Shown: positions 10,149 through 21,200 of the stretch, piece by piece
Position numbering within the stretch: the stretch's first letter is position 1
Layout of the letters: every line of letters starts with the position of its first letter
From: a virus
Length of the DNA: 64,000 nt
IMG/VR virus record: IMGVR_UViG_3300037297_000135
Coordinates: 66,484-130,483 of that record
Strand: one strand, 5' to 3'
Notes under the pieces: model-generated
What the model was told of the DNA's origin: nothing
Databases searched by the model: none
The model's input: the letters and a program-made list of their open reading frames with translations, nothing else
Position numbers and translations under genes: made by a program

Positions 10149-10337
10149 ATGTATGATAAAAAATTAATGAAAGAAGCAATTATATGTAGCATGTGCCATA
10201 AATATATGATTGAAGGTGAAGAATGTATGTATCACCCTTATGGAGTTACATGTAAACCTTGTTGGATAGAATGGAGACATACATTTGTATATCCTGGTTT
10301 GAATAATATTATATATGATATTTATAAGAAAAAATAA
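10149..10337 (+). CDS. small Cys-rich hypothetical protein
   Basis: CSMC and CKPC motifs, GGGGAG RBS. Confidence 0.5.
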   Translation: MYDKKLMKEAIICSMCHKYMIEGEECMYHPYGVTCKPCWIEWRHTFVYPGLNNIIYDIYKKK

Positions 10338-10354
10338 ATTTTAGGGGAATAACT

Positions 10355-10957
10355 ATGAAATTAATAATTTTAGAAGGCATTGATGGTTCTGGAAAATCAA
10401 CCTTAGCAATGGCATTATACAATATGTTTGTTTCAATGAAGTTAAAAGCATTAGTTGTTCGTGAACCAGGTGGAACTATTGTTGGAGAGCAAATACGTAA
10501 TATACTCTTAAATAAAAATAATAATATTTCAAAAAAATCACAAGCTTTATTGTTCTTTGCTGCAAGAGAAGAATTATATCAATATTTAGACCAAAACAGT
10601 AATTACGATTTTGTTATTTTTGACAGAAGTCATTATTCGACTTTAGCGTACCAGGTTAAAGTTTTAAAAAATATTGATTACAATATATATAAATCACTTC
10701 TTAATAGAAAATATATTAAATTGGAATCATTCATTATATTTTTAAACAATTCACCAAATTATATACTTAAACATACAAATAAAAAATTTGATTTAAAAGA
10801 TACATATGAATCAAAAGGCATAGCATTTCAACATAAACTTTTTCAAGCATATCAAGAAATATTTTCTTTAAAAAGTAATGTATTATATTTATCTGGATTT
10901 GATACAGATACAAATTTAGAAAAAGTAAAAGAATATATGAATTTAAATAATATATAG
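10355..10957 (+). CDS. tmk: thymidylate kinase
   Basis: EGIDGSGKST P-loop, REPGGT, FDR...STLAYQ. Confidence 0.9.
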   Translation: MKLIILEGIDGSGKSTLAMALYNMFVSMKLKALVVREPGGTIVGEQIRNILLNKNNNISKKSQALLFFAAREELYQYLDQNSNYDFVIFDRSHYSTLAYQVKVLKNIDYNIYKSLLNRKYIKLESFIIFLNNSPNYILKHTNKKFDLKDTYESKGIAFQHKLFQAYQEIFSLKSNVLYLSGFDTDTNLEKVKEYMNLNNI

Positions 10958-11088
10958 GGGATGACAAATTATGAAAATTAAAGCAATCCAAACAGATAAA
11001 AAGAAAAGTTACTGTAAATATTGTGGAACCTGGACAATAAATAAAAGAGGATGCATAAATATAAATCACAATTATTATCAAAAGAAAA

Positions 11089-12735
11089 ATGCTAAAAAAT
11101 TTAAATCTGAAGGTGATAACGATGAATGAAAAAATAAATAATATAAAAACTCATATTATAAATATGCATCCAATATTAAAAGAAATAGTAGAAAATCGCA
11201 AAATTGATACACCGATAAGTTTTTTTTCACCTAATTTATCAGTATTTTGTGAAAATAAAATGAGCAATATAATAGCAGCATCATATATTGTAAAAGATGG
11301 GATAAAGTCAAATAAAAGATTTTCAATTTATTATGATGTTGATGTTGATGGAATAACAGCAGGAACCATAATGTATCAATATTTAAAATGTTTTGATATT
11401 GATTCAAATATAATCATAAACAAAGGAAAAGACCATGAAGTTGATATAAACAAAGTACCAGAAGATACAGAAATATTAATAATTGTAGATTCTCTTTTAA
11501 ACAACTATGAAAAATATTATGAATTAGCAAACAAAGGCATAAAAATCATAATACTTGACCATCATGAAGTTGAACAATATCCAGACCACAAAAATGTGGT
11601 ATTGGTGACAAGCAACAAAAATTATGAAAACAAATATCTCTCAGGTGCAGGAGTAGTATATAAATTTTGTCTTGAACTTGATGGTCTTTTTGAAACATAT
11701 TATAGTTGTAATTTTATGGATTTAGCTGCTTGTGGAATCATAGCAGATATTATGTCAATGAAATCACTTGAAAATCGTGCAATATGTCGATATGGGTTTG
11801 AAAATATAAGAAATGAATTTTTAAAATATCTTTTAAAAAATAATGAATTCGATTCAAAATTTGTAAGTTGGACATTAGCACCTTTAATTAATAGTTTAAA
11901 TAGAGCAAATAAAAACCAGTTGGCTATTGATTTGTTTTTATGTGAAGATAAAAATAAATTAAAAATATTGATTGAAAAAGCTAAAATACATAAAAATACA
12001 CAAGATAAAATAGTTGAAAAAATAATTAAAAACGAACAAAATAGTTTTTTTGGCTTGAACTATCAAAACAAAAAATATAAATTTTTATCAATTCAAATTC
12101 CACTTGAATATCAAAATTATACAGGTTTAATAGCAAATAAAATTTTAGATATATATAACAAACCAACTATAGTTACAGCTTTTAATGATGAAGAAGGAAA
12201 GTATTGCGGTTCAATGAGAGCAAATGGAATCAATTTCATGGAAGAAATTAACAACTGTTTAATTGATAAAAATGATTATTGCAAAGGGCATATAGAAGCT
12301 GCTGGAATAAAAATTGATGTATTAAATTGGAATAGGTTCATAAACAATTTAAAAAGAAAAGATTTCAAACAATTGGAAGTTAAAAAATATGATTTTGAAT
12401 TAAGTTTTGAAGATATATCTAAAAAACTTGCTGAAAATGTAAAGTTTTTAAATCGTATAACAGGAAAAGATTTTCCATTAATCAAGTTTAAATTGTCAAA
12501 TATAATGATTGATAAAATTCAAATTTTAAAAGATAAACATATAAAATTTGAATACAATGAAGTGATATTTTTAAAATGGAAAGACATATCACTTTTTGAA
12601 AAATATAAGCAAAACAATAATCTTGTGCTAGAAGTTATCGGAGAATTAACTTTAAACAAGTTTGCTGGACAAACAAGTATTCAATTCGTAATAGATGAAA
12701 TAACTAAAATTGATACATTGAATTTCAGAATATGA
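11089..12735 (+). CDS. recJ: RecJ-like DHH ssDNA exonuclease (likely start 11122)
   Basis: YDVDVDG, VDS, LDHH, GIIAD, GSMR, GHIEAAG motifs. Confidence 0.85.
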   Translation: MLKNLNLKVITMNEKINNIKTHIINMHPILKEIVENRKIDTPISFFSPNLSVFCENKMSNIIAASYIVKDGIKSNKRFSIYYDVDVDGITAGTIMYQYLKCFDIDSNIIINKGKDHEVDINKVPEDTEILIIVDSLLNNYEKYYELANKGIKIIILDHHEVEQYPDHKNVVLVTSNKNYENKYLSGAGVVYKFCLELDGLFETYYSCNFMDLAACGIIADIMSMKSLENRAICRYGFENIRNEFLKYLLKNNEFDSKFVSWTLAPLINSLNRANKNQLAIDLFLCEDKNKLKILIEKAKIHKNTQDKIVEKIIKNEQNSFFGLNYQNKKYKFLSIQIPLEYQNYTGLIANKILDIYNKPTIVTAFNDEEGKYCGSMRANGINFMEEINNCLIDKNDYCKGHIEAAGIKIDVLNWNRFINNLKRKDFKQLEVKKYDFELSFEDISKKLAENVKFLNRITGKDFPLIKFKLSNIMIDKIQILKDKHIKFEYNEVIFLKWKDISLFEKYKQNNNLVLEVIGELTLNKFAGQTSIQFVIDEITKIDTLNFRI

Positions 12736-12736
12736 G

Positions 12737-13069
12737 GTGATGTACATGTTTTACTGTCCAAATTGTAAAATATTTAAAGATGATGAAGATTTTAAATTTG
12801 ATGAATTTAACAATATAACTAGTCTTGTTAACCCAAGAGATGGTTATGGAAGAATGATAAGGCATATGGTTTGCCCTAACTGCAAATACATTTTATCTGG
12901 ATATATACATGAATGCAGATATGAAAAAGATTATTTTGTTTATATAGTTGAACTTTATTCAGAAAATAAAATATGGGATATTGAAAAAGTTATAGATTTA
13001 GTAAAAGAAAATTTTGAAAAACTGGAAATTGATTTTACTGATTTTAAATTTAAAAAGGATGTGATATAA
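12737..13069 (+). CDS. zinc-ribbon hypothetical protein
   Basis: Two CPNC motifs. Confidence 0.5.
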   Translation: MMYMFYCPNCKIFKDDEDFKFDEFNNITSLVNPRDGYGRMIRHMVCPNCKYILSGYIHECRYEKDYFVYIVELYSENKIWDIEKVIDLVKENFEKLEIDFTDFKFKKDVI

Positions 13070-13341
13070 TGAATAAAACAAAGAAAAAATTCATTTTTAA
13101 AAAAGAATGGGAAGAATTTCGGAAAACAGGATTGCTTTGGTTAACAAATACAATTTTACAGGTTTTTGGATGGAGTTTAGTTGTTACAGTAAATACAGAA
13201 ACAAATGAAATTTTAAATGCTTATCCTGCAAGAAACAAATATAGAGGTTTTGATAAAAAATCAATACATCAAAATGTTGGTCAAATATATGAATATCTTG
13301 AAAATAATTTGGAAGATATCAAAGAGGATTTAAAATGTTAG
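13069..13341 (+). CDS. hypothetical phage protein
   Basis: 90-aa ORF coupled to the previous stop. Confidence 0.5.
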   Translation: MNKTKKKFIFKKEWEEFRKTGLLWLTNTILQVFGWSLVVTVNTETNEILNAYPARNKYRGFDKKSIHQNVGQIYEYLENNLEDIKEDLKC

Positions 13342-13526
13342 TGATTTGTAAATGTGGATGTGTTTTTTGGAAAGTTTTAAAAATCAATCCAACTGACATA
13401 ACAGGTATATCAATGTATTATATGATATGTGAAAATTGTAGTTGGATTTTTAAATATAGATACGATTTATGTGATTCAAAAATAAAAATAGAAAATATAG
13501 TATAAAGTGAGTGATTAAAATGGAAG

Positions 13527-13868
13527 GTGATTAAAATGGAGGGTGATTCAATGAATATCAATGAAAATAGTGGACAAATAAACATTGCAAAAAATAATTC
13601 GATTATATCAACTGAACAAAATTTGATTTTTGAAAAAAACGATGAAACCGAAACTGCAATAGCAATCAAACTTGATAAAGGTTTGTCGAGACTTGTTTTA
13701 GAAAAACTTGAAACTTATTTTGTTATAAAAGGCAAATACAATCAGGCTTATGAAATTTGTTTTATTTTAAAAAATGATTACAAAAATCATGATTTAGACA
13801 AATTAACTGAAACAATCAAAAAATATAAATCAGTTTTGCCAATACTATTAAATCAAATCAATGAATAA
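13527..13868 (+). CDS. hypothetical protein
   Basis: 113-aa ORF with GGAGG RBS. Confidence 0.45.
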   Translation: MIKMEGDSMNINENSGQINIAKNNSIISTEQNLIFEKNDETETAIAIKLDKGLSRLVLEKLETYFVIKGKYNQAYEICFILKNDYKNHDLDKLTETIKKYKSVLPILLNQINE

Positions 13869-13977
13869 AAAATCTGCTTTTAGGGTTTTGATATTTTTTA
13901 TGTTTTCTGTTGTTTTTATATTTTTTTGCATTGGTATTTTAATAGGTATTTTTTTAATGAAATTTAAGGTGATTTAA

Positions 13978-14229
13978 ATGAATAAAGATTTAATTATACA
14001 TCCATTTGAAACAGTAATAGAAGCTTTAGAAATAAATGATAAAACATTAGATGAATTATCACTTGAATCAAATATACCAATTGAAAAATTACAACATCAA
14101 AAAACTATTGGTTCATTTGCTTATGATTTAAAAAAACTAACAAATTTAAGTATTGAATTTTGGACAAATTTGCAAAATCAATATGATGAAGAATTAAAAA
14201 CTTCACAAAAGGATGATTTAAATGGATAA
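13978..14229 (+). CDS. HigA-like HTH antitoxin/regulator
   Basis: IHPFE...L start and SIEFWTNLQNQYD end resemble HigA/VapI family motifs. Confidence 0.55.
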   Translation: MNKDLIIHPFETVIEALEINDKTLDELSLESNIPIEKLQHQKTIGSFAYDLKKLTNLSIEFWTNLQNQYDEELKTSQKDDLNG

Positions 14230-14698
14230 AAGAGATACAACATATGATTATTTAGCGAATATATGCCATGAACTTGTTATGGCGATTCGCAAGCTTAACG
14301 ATGAAAAAGATTTTGATATAAAATATGCTGATTTGTCAGATGAAGAAAAAAACAGAGTTTCAAATTTAATAAAACGAATTTTATACAATCCAGAAATCAC
14401 AGCCAAAAAATTACATAATGAATGGATTGAAGAAAAAGCAAAAGATGGATGGATATATGGTGAAAAAACAGATAGAGATAAAAAAATACATGCTTGTATG
14501 GTTGAATACGAACAACTTAATTTTTTTCAACAACTAAAAGATAAAATTTTTATTGAAACTGTAAAATTTTATATTGAATATTGGAAACAAGAATTTTTAA
14601 ATGAAAAAGCATCAATAAATTATATAAATCGAAAACTTTGGAACAACATCAATTATACAAGATGTAGAACCAAAGAATGGTTGATTGAAACCATATAA
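14222..14698 (+). CDS. RyR-domain protein
   Basis: HNEW...K.KDGWIYGE..D..KK.H.C.V.YEQL...Q.KD signature. Confidence 0.7.
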   Translation: MDKRDTTYDYLANICHELVMAIRKLNDEKDFDIKYADLSDEEKNRVSNLIKRILYNPEITAKKLHNEWIEEKAKDGWIYGEKTDRDKKIHACMVEYEQLNFFQQLKDKIFIETVKFYIEYWKQEFLNEKASINYINRKLWNNINYTRCRTKEWLIETI

Positions 14699-14895
14699 AT
14701 TCAATTTGTATAGACTAGTTTACAGCTTCACAGTTTTTTTAAACTGAACCAAACATCGTTTTGCATATTTAAAAACGCTACAAATGAGCGTATACAAAAT
14801 CATATTTCAAACACTTGATTTTACTGGATTTCACGGTTCAAAAACTCCAAAATCAAAAACCTTGAAGCTCAGTTATATAGCAAATTCTAAATTTT

Positions 14896-15513
14896 ATGGA
14901 GATTCATATGAAAAAAGAAACTTTAGATTACAAATTAAAATATTATCCATCAAATATTAAAATATTTCAAAAAAAACCAATTGCATTTTCAAAAGTTTTT
15001 GAAAAGGTTATGTTTTTTAAAGATAGTGACCATGAAAACGAATTCAACAAATTCAAAGGTTCAATTGGGCATATGAACAGGTTTATATCAAGATATGAAA
15101 ATCTGAAATGGTATGAAGCTCAAATGAGCATTATTGAGTTGTTGAATGTATATATGTGTCCAGTTGGATGGTTAAGACGATTTGCTTGTATCAATGAAAA
15201 ATGTAAAAATTTTAAAAATGAGGAATGTATAAATTGTTTGGATGATGAAATGAAGATTTTTACATTATATGATACAATGTTTAATTTTACACAAAAAACA
15301 ACTAAATTTGCTGAAAAAATATATTCAATAATGAAAAGGATTAAAGCTGAAGAAGATACTGGACTTGATTTTTTGTTTTGTACATTGGTTCGAAATAAAT
15401 ATAAAAAATATTTTGTAATGGATGGAAATTCAAGATTGCTTTCATTTGCAATACGTTGTAAAGATAAAAGTAATTTATATGATTCAATTAAATGTTATAT
15501 AGGGGAGAAATAA
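14896..15513 (+). CDS. hypothetical protein with ParB/Srx-like DGNxR motif
   Basis: YFVMDGNSRL near the C-terminus. Confidence 0.4.
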   Translation: MEIHMKKETLDYKLKYYPSNIKIFQKKPIAFSKVFEKVMFFKDSDHENEFNKFKGSIGHMNRFISRYENLKWYEAQMSIIELLNVYMCPVGWLRRFACINEKCKNFKNEECINCLDDEMKIFTLYDTMFNFTQKTTKFAEKIYSIMKRIKAEEDTGLDFLFCTLVRNKYKKYFVMDGNSRLLSFAIRCKDKSNLYDSIKCYIGEK

Positions 15514-15515
15514 AA

Positions 15516-16007
15516 ATGAATGAAATTTATAATCATGAACGTAAAAGTGAATTATTTGTTCGTGGAATTGATTACATAGATGTTGCTGTTTCAGGTGTTA
15601 TGCTTTTTAAAAATCAAATATGCATGTTAAAACGCAAAACACCACCTGAAATTAATTCATGGTGCTTGCCAGGTGGCAAGGTGAATCATGATGAAACAGT
15701 TCAAGAAGCAATAAAAAGAGAATTTCAAGAAGAAATAAATGCTGATACTAAAAATTTTAAAATCATAGATATTTTAGGAGTTTCAAATTATATTATTCCA
15801 GAAAAAAAATACCATTGCAATACAACTATTTTTTTAGTCAAATGTACTGGAAATTTTTTAAACAATGAATCTAAAAAACATTCAAAAATTGGATTTTTTG
15901 ATTTTAATGCATTGCCTGGTCATATTGCTGCATCATCTAGGGATGCATTGATGTATTATTTCAAATATTTAAATGAAAGGACGAATATTAATGAAACAAG
16001 GAATTGA
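15516..16007 (+). CDS. Nudix hydrolase
   Basis: Nudix box PGGKVNHDETVQEAIKREFQEEI; start set after GGGGAG RBS. Confidence 0.85.
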   Translation: MNEIYNHERKSELFVRGIDYIDVAVSGVMLFKNQICMLKRKTPPEINSWCLPGGKVNHDETVQEAIKREFQEEINADTKNFKIIDILGVSNYIIPEKKYHCNTTIFLVKCTGNFLNNESKKHSKIGFFDFNALPGHIAASSRDALMYYFKYLNERTNINETRN

Positions 16008-16440
16008 TTATATTGGTGTTAGTGTTACAGGATTGCTTTTAAAAGATAAAAAGGTTTTACTTTTATATAGAAACAAATCACCTGAAAAAGATAAATTTGG
16101 TTTGATTGGTGGTCGAATTGAATTAAATGAAACTGCTGAAGATGCAATTATTCGAGAAACAAAAGAAGAAATTGGAGTAGATATTGAAATTGTTAAAATG
16201 TTAGGTGTTACAAATCAGATAATCAAAAAAGAAGGAACCCATTGGGTTTGTATAAACTATTTGATAAAATTGTGCAATGAAAATGATGAACCAAAAAATA
16301 TGGAACCAAACACCCATAAAGAAATGAAATGGTTTGATTTTAAATATTTGCCAGAAAATTTATCTTTAACAGCACAACAGGCTTTAAATGATTATATGTT
16401 GACTATTCCGATTATTCAAGAATTTTTTAATTTGAAGTGA
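15991..16440 (+). CDS. Nudix hydrolase (paralogue)
   Basis: GGRIELNETAEDAIIRETKEEIG; shares the GIDYI start with the previous gene. Confidence 0.85.
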   Translation: MKQGIDYIGVSVTGLLLKDKKVLLLYRNKSPEKDKFGLIGGRIELNETAEDAIIRETKEEIGVDIEIVKMLGVTNQIIKKEGTHWVCINYLIKLCNENDEPKNMEPNTHKEMKWFDFKYLPENLSLTAQQALNDYMLTIPIIQEFFNLK

Positions 16441-16447
16441 GGTTTTT

Positions 16448-16678
16448 ATGGAAAGTTTTTTAAAATTTTATGATTCAATACGTGAAGAATACGGTTTTTG
16501 TTTAAATATTTCACAATCTAATATATCTGATTGGAATATTAAAATTGTGTATAAAAAAACACATTCAAGACATGGTGAAACAGTTTTAGATATCCAAAAC
16601 TGTGATGTTGAATATGTTTTTGCAAAAGCACAGGTTTTGTTGAAAGAATATATGAAAGATATATATGGAGGATATTAA
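16448..16678 (+). CDS. hypothetical protein
   Basis: 76-aa ORF with GAGG RBS. Confidence 0.5.
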   Translation: MESFLKFYDSIREEYGFCLNISQSNISDWNIKIVYKKTHSRHGETVLDIQNCDVEYVFAKAQVLLKEYMKDIYGGY

Positions 16679-17018
16679 AATGGAATGTCATTCTTGTAGA
16701 AAACAAGATTTAAATTTTTACAATACTTTGTGTGTTGATTGTTTTAACAAATTAAAGAATAAACAAGACAAAGATTTCAAATATATAAAAGATGCATGGT
16801 CAAATCCATATCATTGTTTGAATGCTATTTTAACATATTTAAAAATATGTGACAAAGCATTTTACGATGAAGTTGAACCTAAAAAAGACGATGAACATTT
16901 TTTCAATGAGCTTGCAGATTTACATATACTTTTGGAAGTTTATTTTTCAAAAAATGATTATCAAAAAATATTAAAAAATAGAAAAGCAAAATTCATACAA
17001 AAAATAAAAGAGGATTAA
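16665..17018 (+). CDS. hypothetical protein (CxxC pairs; weak MazG-like ELADL motif)
   Basis: CHSC, CVDC, NELADLHI. Confidence 0.4.
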   Translation: MEDIKMECHSCRKQDLNFYNTLCVDCFNKLKNKQDKDFKYIKDAWSNPYHCLNAILTYLKICDKAFYDEVEPKKDDEHFFNELADLHILLEVYFSKNDYQKILKNRKAKFIQKIKED

Positions 17019-17114
17019 AAAAATGGATGACCATACAGATGCTACTTTAAAATTAATATGTTGTATTTTAGCAATCATATTTGGTGCAATATTACATAAA
17101 TGTACTTGAATTAT

Positions 17115-17188
17115 GTGGGTATAGCTTAATTGGACAAAGCAATAGATTTCTAATCTATTGAATGGGGGTTCGAATCCCTTTACCCATA
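17115..17188 (+). tRNA. tRNA-Arg(TCT)
   Basis: Full cloverleaf: GTGGGTA/TACCCAT, ATAGA-TTTCTAA-TCTAT, GGTTCGAATCC; no encoded CCA. Confidence 0.92.
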
Positions 17189-17192
17189 TTGA

Positions 17193-17266
17193 GCGAGTGT
17201 ATTCGAATTGGCATAGAAAACGGATTTAAAATCCGTGTTTTGAGGGTTCAAATCCCTCCACTCGTA
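17193..17266 (+). tRNA. tRNA-Leu(TAA), short variable arm
   Basis: GCGAGTG/CACTCGT, ACGGA-TTTAAAA-TCCGT, GAGGG-TTCAAAT-CCCTC. Confidence 0.85.
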
Positions 17267-17312
17267 TTAATTAAATTGAAAGGAATTATATTTTTTAGAG
17301 GATTAATTAGTT

Positions 17313-18062
17313 ATGAAAACAAATATTTTATACAATGAAGATTGTTTAATTGGTATGCAAAAAATAGAAAACAAATCAATCGATTGTATTTTTTGTGATT
17401 TGCCTTTTGGTATAACAAAAAACAAATGGGATAATATAATTGATTTTGATTTGCTTTGGAATCAATACAAAAGAATAATAAAAGATAGGGGCATTATATT
17501 ATTGTTTGCTTCTACACCTTTTAACTACATGTTATATAATTCAAATCCAAAAATGTTTAAATATGAAATCATAATTGAATATTCTCAACCAACAGGGTTT
17601 TTAAATGCAAATAAAAGGCCTTTAGTTTCACATGGTTATATTATGGTGTTTTACAAAAAACTTCCTATATATAATCCAATTAAAACAACAGGTCACAAAA
17701 AAAAATCAGTTCCAAATAGAATTGTAAACAGTGAAAATTATAATTATTGCAAATCAAATTCATACTGTAGTACTGAAAGATATCCAACAACTATTCAAAG
17801 ATATGCAAAACCAACATATCCAAAACATCCAACTGAAAAACCATTTGAGTTATGTGAAGATATAATTAAAACATATACAAACAAAAATGATATTGTTTTA
17901 GACAATTGTTTTGGTTCTGGTACAATTCCTTTAGCTTGTTTAAAAAATGGACGAAAATATATAGGTTTTGAAATTAAAAAAAAATATTATGATATAGCGT
18001 ATGATAGATTGCTTGAATTTAAAAGGATTTATATAGATATGGTGAATAAAACAAATGAATAA
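17313..18062 (+). CDS. N4/N6 DNA methyltransferase (beta class)
   Basis: Catalytic DLPF before SAM-binding FGSG; HPTEKP. Confidence 0.9.
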   Translation: MKTNILYNEDCLIGMQKIENKSIDCIFCDLPFGITKNKWDNIIDFDLLWNQYKRIIKDRGIILLFASTPFNYMLYNSNPKMFKYEIIIEYSQPTGFLNANKRPLVSHGYIMVFYKKLPIYNPIKTTGHKKKSVPNRIVNSENYNYCKSNSYCSTERYPTTIQRYAKPTYPKHPTEKPFELCEDIIKTYTNKNDIVLDNCFGSGTIPLACLKNGRKYIGFEIKKKYYDIAYDRLLEFKRIYIDMVNKTNE

Positions 18063-18265
18063 ATAAAATAACCTAACATCTTTAAAGATATTAGGCTATT
18101 TTACATAATAAATTGGCTTTTTAAACAATTTGTTTTTCATCTTTCCATTTTTATTATATATTAAATTATTTTATTTGTAAATGTTATTAAAGAAATTTAT
18201 TAAAAATTTTAATAACAGATTTTTATTTTATTTTTATTAAAATCTATTTTAATAGGGGATTAATT

Positions 18266-21200
18266 ATGAAAACATATACTGTATTTCATCTTCATGATGA
18301 ACATTCAAATTGCAATGGTTATTATGATTCAATTACACCATTTAAGGAATATTTAAAACTTGCAAAAGCTCAAAATATGAATGCAATTGCCTTATCGAAT
18401 CATGGCAATATCTTTGAATGGGTTCAAAAAAAACAGGCCTGCGATAAATTAAATATTAAATATATACATGGTATTGAAACTTATATGGATATAATTGATA
18501 TGGGTAAACAATCATTTCATATAGGTCTTTATGCGAAAAATTATGATGGTGTTATGGAATTGAATAGACTTGCTTCAAAATCAACTTTAAAAGATGGTCA
18601 TTTTTACAAAACTCCTAGGATTTATTTTTCTGAACTTAAACAAACTAGTAAAAACATAATCATTACTACTGCTTGTTTACAAAGTGCATTATGGCAATTA
18701 AGAAAATTTGAAAATTTTACAAATGAAATTTTAGAATTTTTATCAAGTATATCTGATAGAAGCTTTCTTGAAATACAATATCACAATCATATCGAACAAA
18801 TCGAATACAATAAACTTCTTTTATCATATTCAAAAAAATACAAAATCCCTTTAATTGCTGGAACTGATACTCATAGTGCAAATTCATATTATGCTGAATG
18901 TAGAAAAATACTTCAAAAATCAAATAATTCATATTATGGTAATGAAGATAGTTTCGATTTAACCTGGAAGACATATGATGAATTGATTGAATGTTTTAAA
19001 CAACAAAATTCAATACCAGAAATTGAATTTTTAAAAGCAATTGAGAATACAAATGTTTTAGCTAATATGGTTGAACCATTTGAATTGAATTATGAATTTA
19101 AATATCCAGGATTATATAAAAATCCTAAAGAAAAATTTTTAGCTGCTGTAGATAGAAATTATAAAACCAAATTAAATAAAGGCATAATAAAAGAAAATCA
19201 GGAATATATTGATAGGCAAAAAGAAGAACTTGAAGCAATTGAAAAACAAGGAATGGAAAGCTTTTTATATTTTATGCATGAATTAGTTGAATATTGTAAA
19301 AAAAACAATATTATATATGGAAGATGTCGTGGTTCTGTAGGTGGTAGTTTGATTGCATATATACTTGATATTATAGACCTTGACCCAATTAAATTCAAAA
19401 CCATTTTTTCAAGATTTTGTAATGCTGACAGAATATCTTTAGCTGATATAGATATTGATTTTGCACCTGAAGACAGGGGGAAAATATATAAATATATAAT
19501 TAATCGTTTTACAACCCGAAATACTGCATATATATCACAATTTGGTAAATTAAAAGACCGTGGAACATTAGATGTTTTAGGTCGTGGATTAGATATGCCT
19601 TTAGATGAAATTAAAATCATCAAAGATGAATATGAAACATTGCTTTTTGATTATAAAAAAATCATTCAAGAATCTATAAACCTGGAAGAACATAAAATAG
19701 AAAATGATATAGATAACCATGAAAAATTTGTTGTAATAATTAATGATATTATTATTATAGCAAAATTAAACATATTATATGATAACTATATCAAGTTAAA
19801 GGAAAAATATAAAGATGTGTTTTATTATTTTGATGGGCTTAAAAATACTATTATCTCAAAAGGCAATCATCCTGCTGGAATAATTGGTTCTCCAATTGAT
19901 TTAATTCAACATATTGGAGTTTGGTACAAAGATGGAGATGAAAACTTTCCTGTTTCTGTTTGTTCAATGAAACCTATTGAATCTTTAAATTTTTGCAAAT
20001 TTGATATCTTAGGTTTGAAAATGATGGGAATAATCAAAGATACATATAAAGATATAGGAATAAAATATCATAAGTCTCACGAAATGAATTGGGAAGATAA
20101 AAATATATTTGATGAAATCATTCAATCAAAAGTTGGATGTTTTCAGTTCGAAGGAGAATATGCATTTGAACAATTGAAAAAATTCAAACCTCGAAATATA
20201 TTTGATATTACGCTTGTTACTGCTGCCATTCGTCCATCAGGTGCTAGTTATCGCGATAAGCTCTTAAACCGTGAATTCAATCGAAATCCATCTAAAGAAA
20301 TTGATGAATTGTTAGTTGATAATTATGGATATATTGTTTATCAAGAAGATACAATCAAATTTCTTCAACAATTTTGTGGGTTTTCAGGAAGTGAAGCAGA
20401 TACAATCCGTAGAGCAATAGGAAAAAAACTTTTAGATGTGATAAAAGATAATACAGAAAAAATAACAAAAGGATATCAATCAACTTTAAAAAAGGATTTT
20501 GAAACAGCAAAAAAAGAAATTACAGAATTTTTAAAAATGTTAATCAATGCATCTAGATATCAATTTGGATACAATCATGCATTAGGATATACTTTGAATA
20601 CATGTACAGGTATATATTTAAGACATTATCATCCTGTTTCATTTGTCAAATCATATTTAAATCGTGCTGATAAAAATGAAGATTATGTAGATGGTTTTAA
20701 TTTAGCTCAATTAAAAGGCATTAAAATTGAAAGTATTTGTTTCAAATATTCATATGGCAAATACATATACGATGAAAACACTAAAACCATGTATAAAGGT
20801 TTGAAATCAGTGAAATATATAAACAATATTTCAGATGAAATTTTAAATGATTTATACAATCAAAAATACCAAAATATTTCAGATGTTTTTGAACGTTTTT
20901 TAAATCACTTTAATAAAAAACAAATTGGAATTTTGATTGATTTAAATTATTTCAAAAATTTTGGGAACCCAAATTATTTAACTGAATGTTTTAAAATATT
21001 TCAAAAATATTTTGGCAAAAAACAATTCAAAAAAGATGCATTGCTTGAAATTGAAAAGACCTGGTTTGAAAAAATACCTCATAAAAAAACCGATAAATTG
21101 TATAAGGGATTTGATTCAAAAGATTTGATTAACTATATAATCAAAAATGCATTAACAAAAAAATCATATGATTATTTCGATTTGTTGAAAAAAGAATTTG

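Noticed and set aside
14701-14895. Riboswitch or ncRNA in the gap after the RyR gene
   Set aside because: Only weak short stems; no recognisable aptamer.
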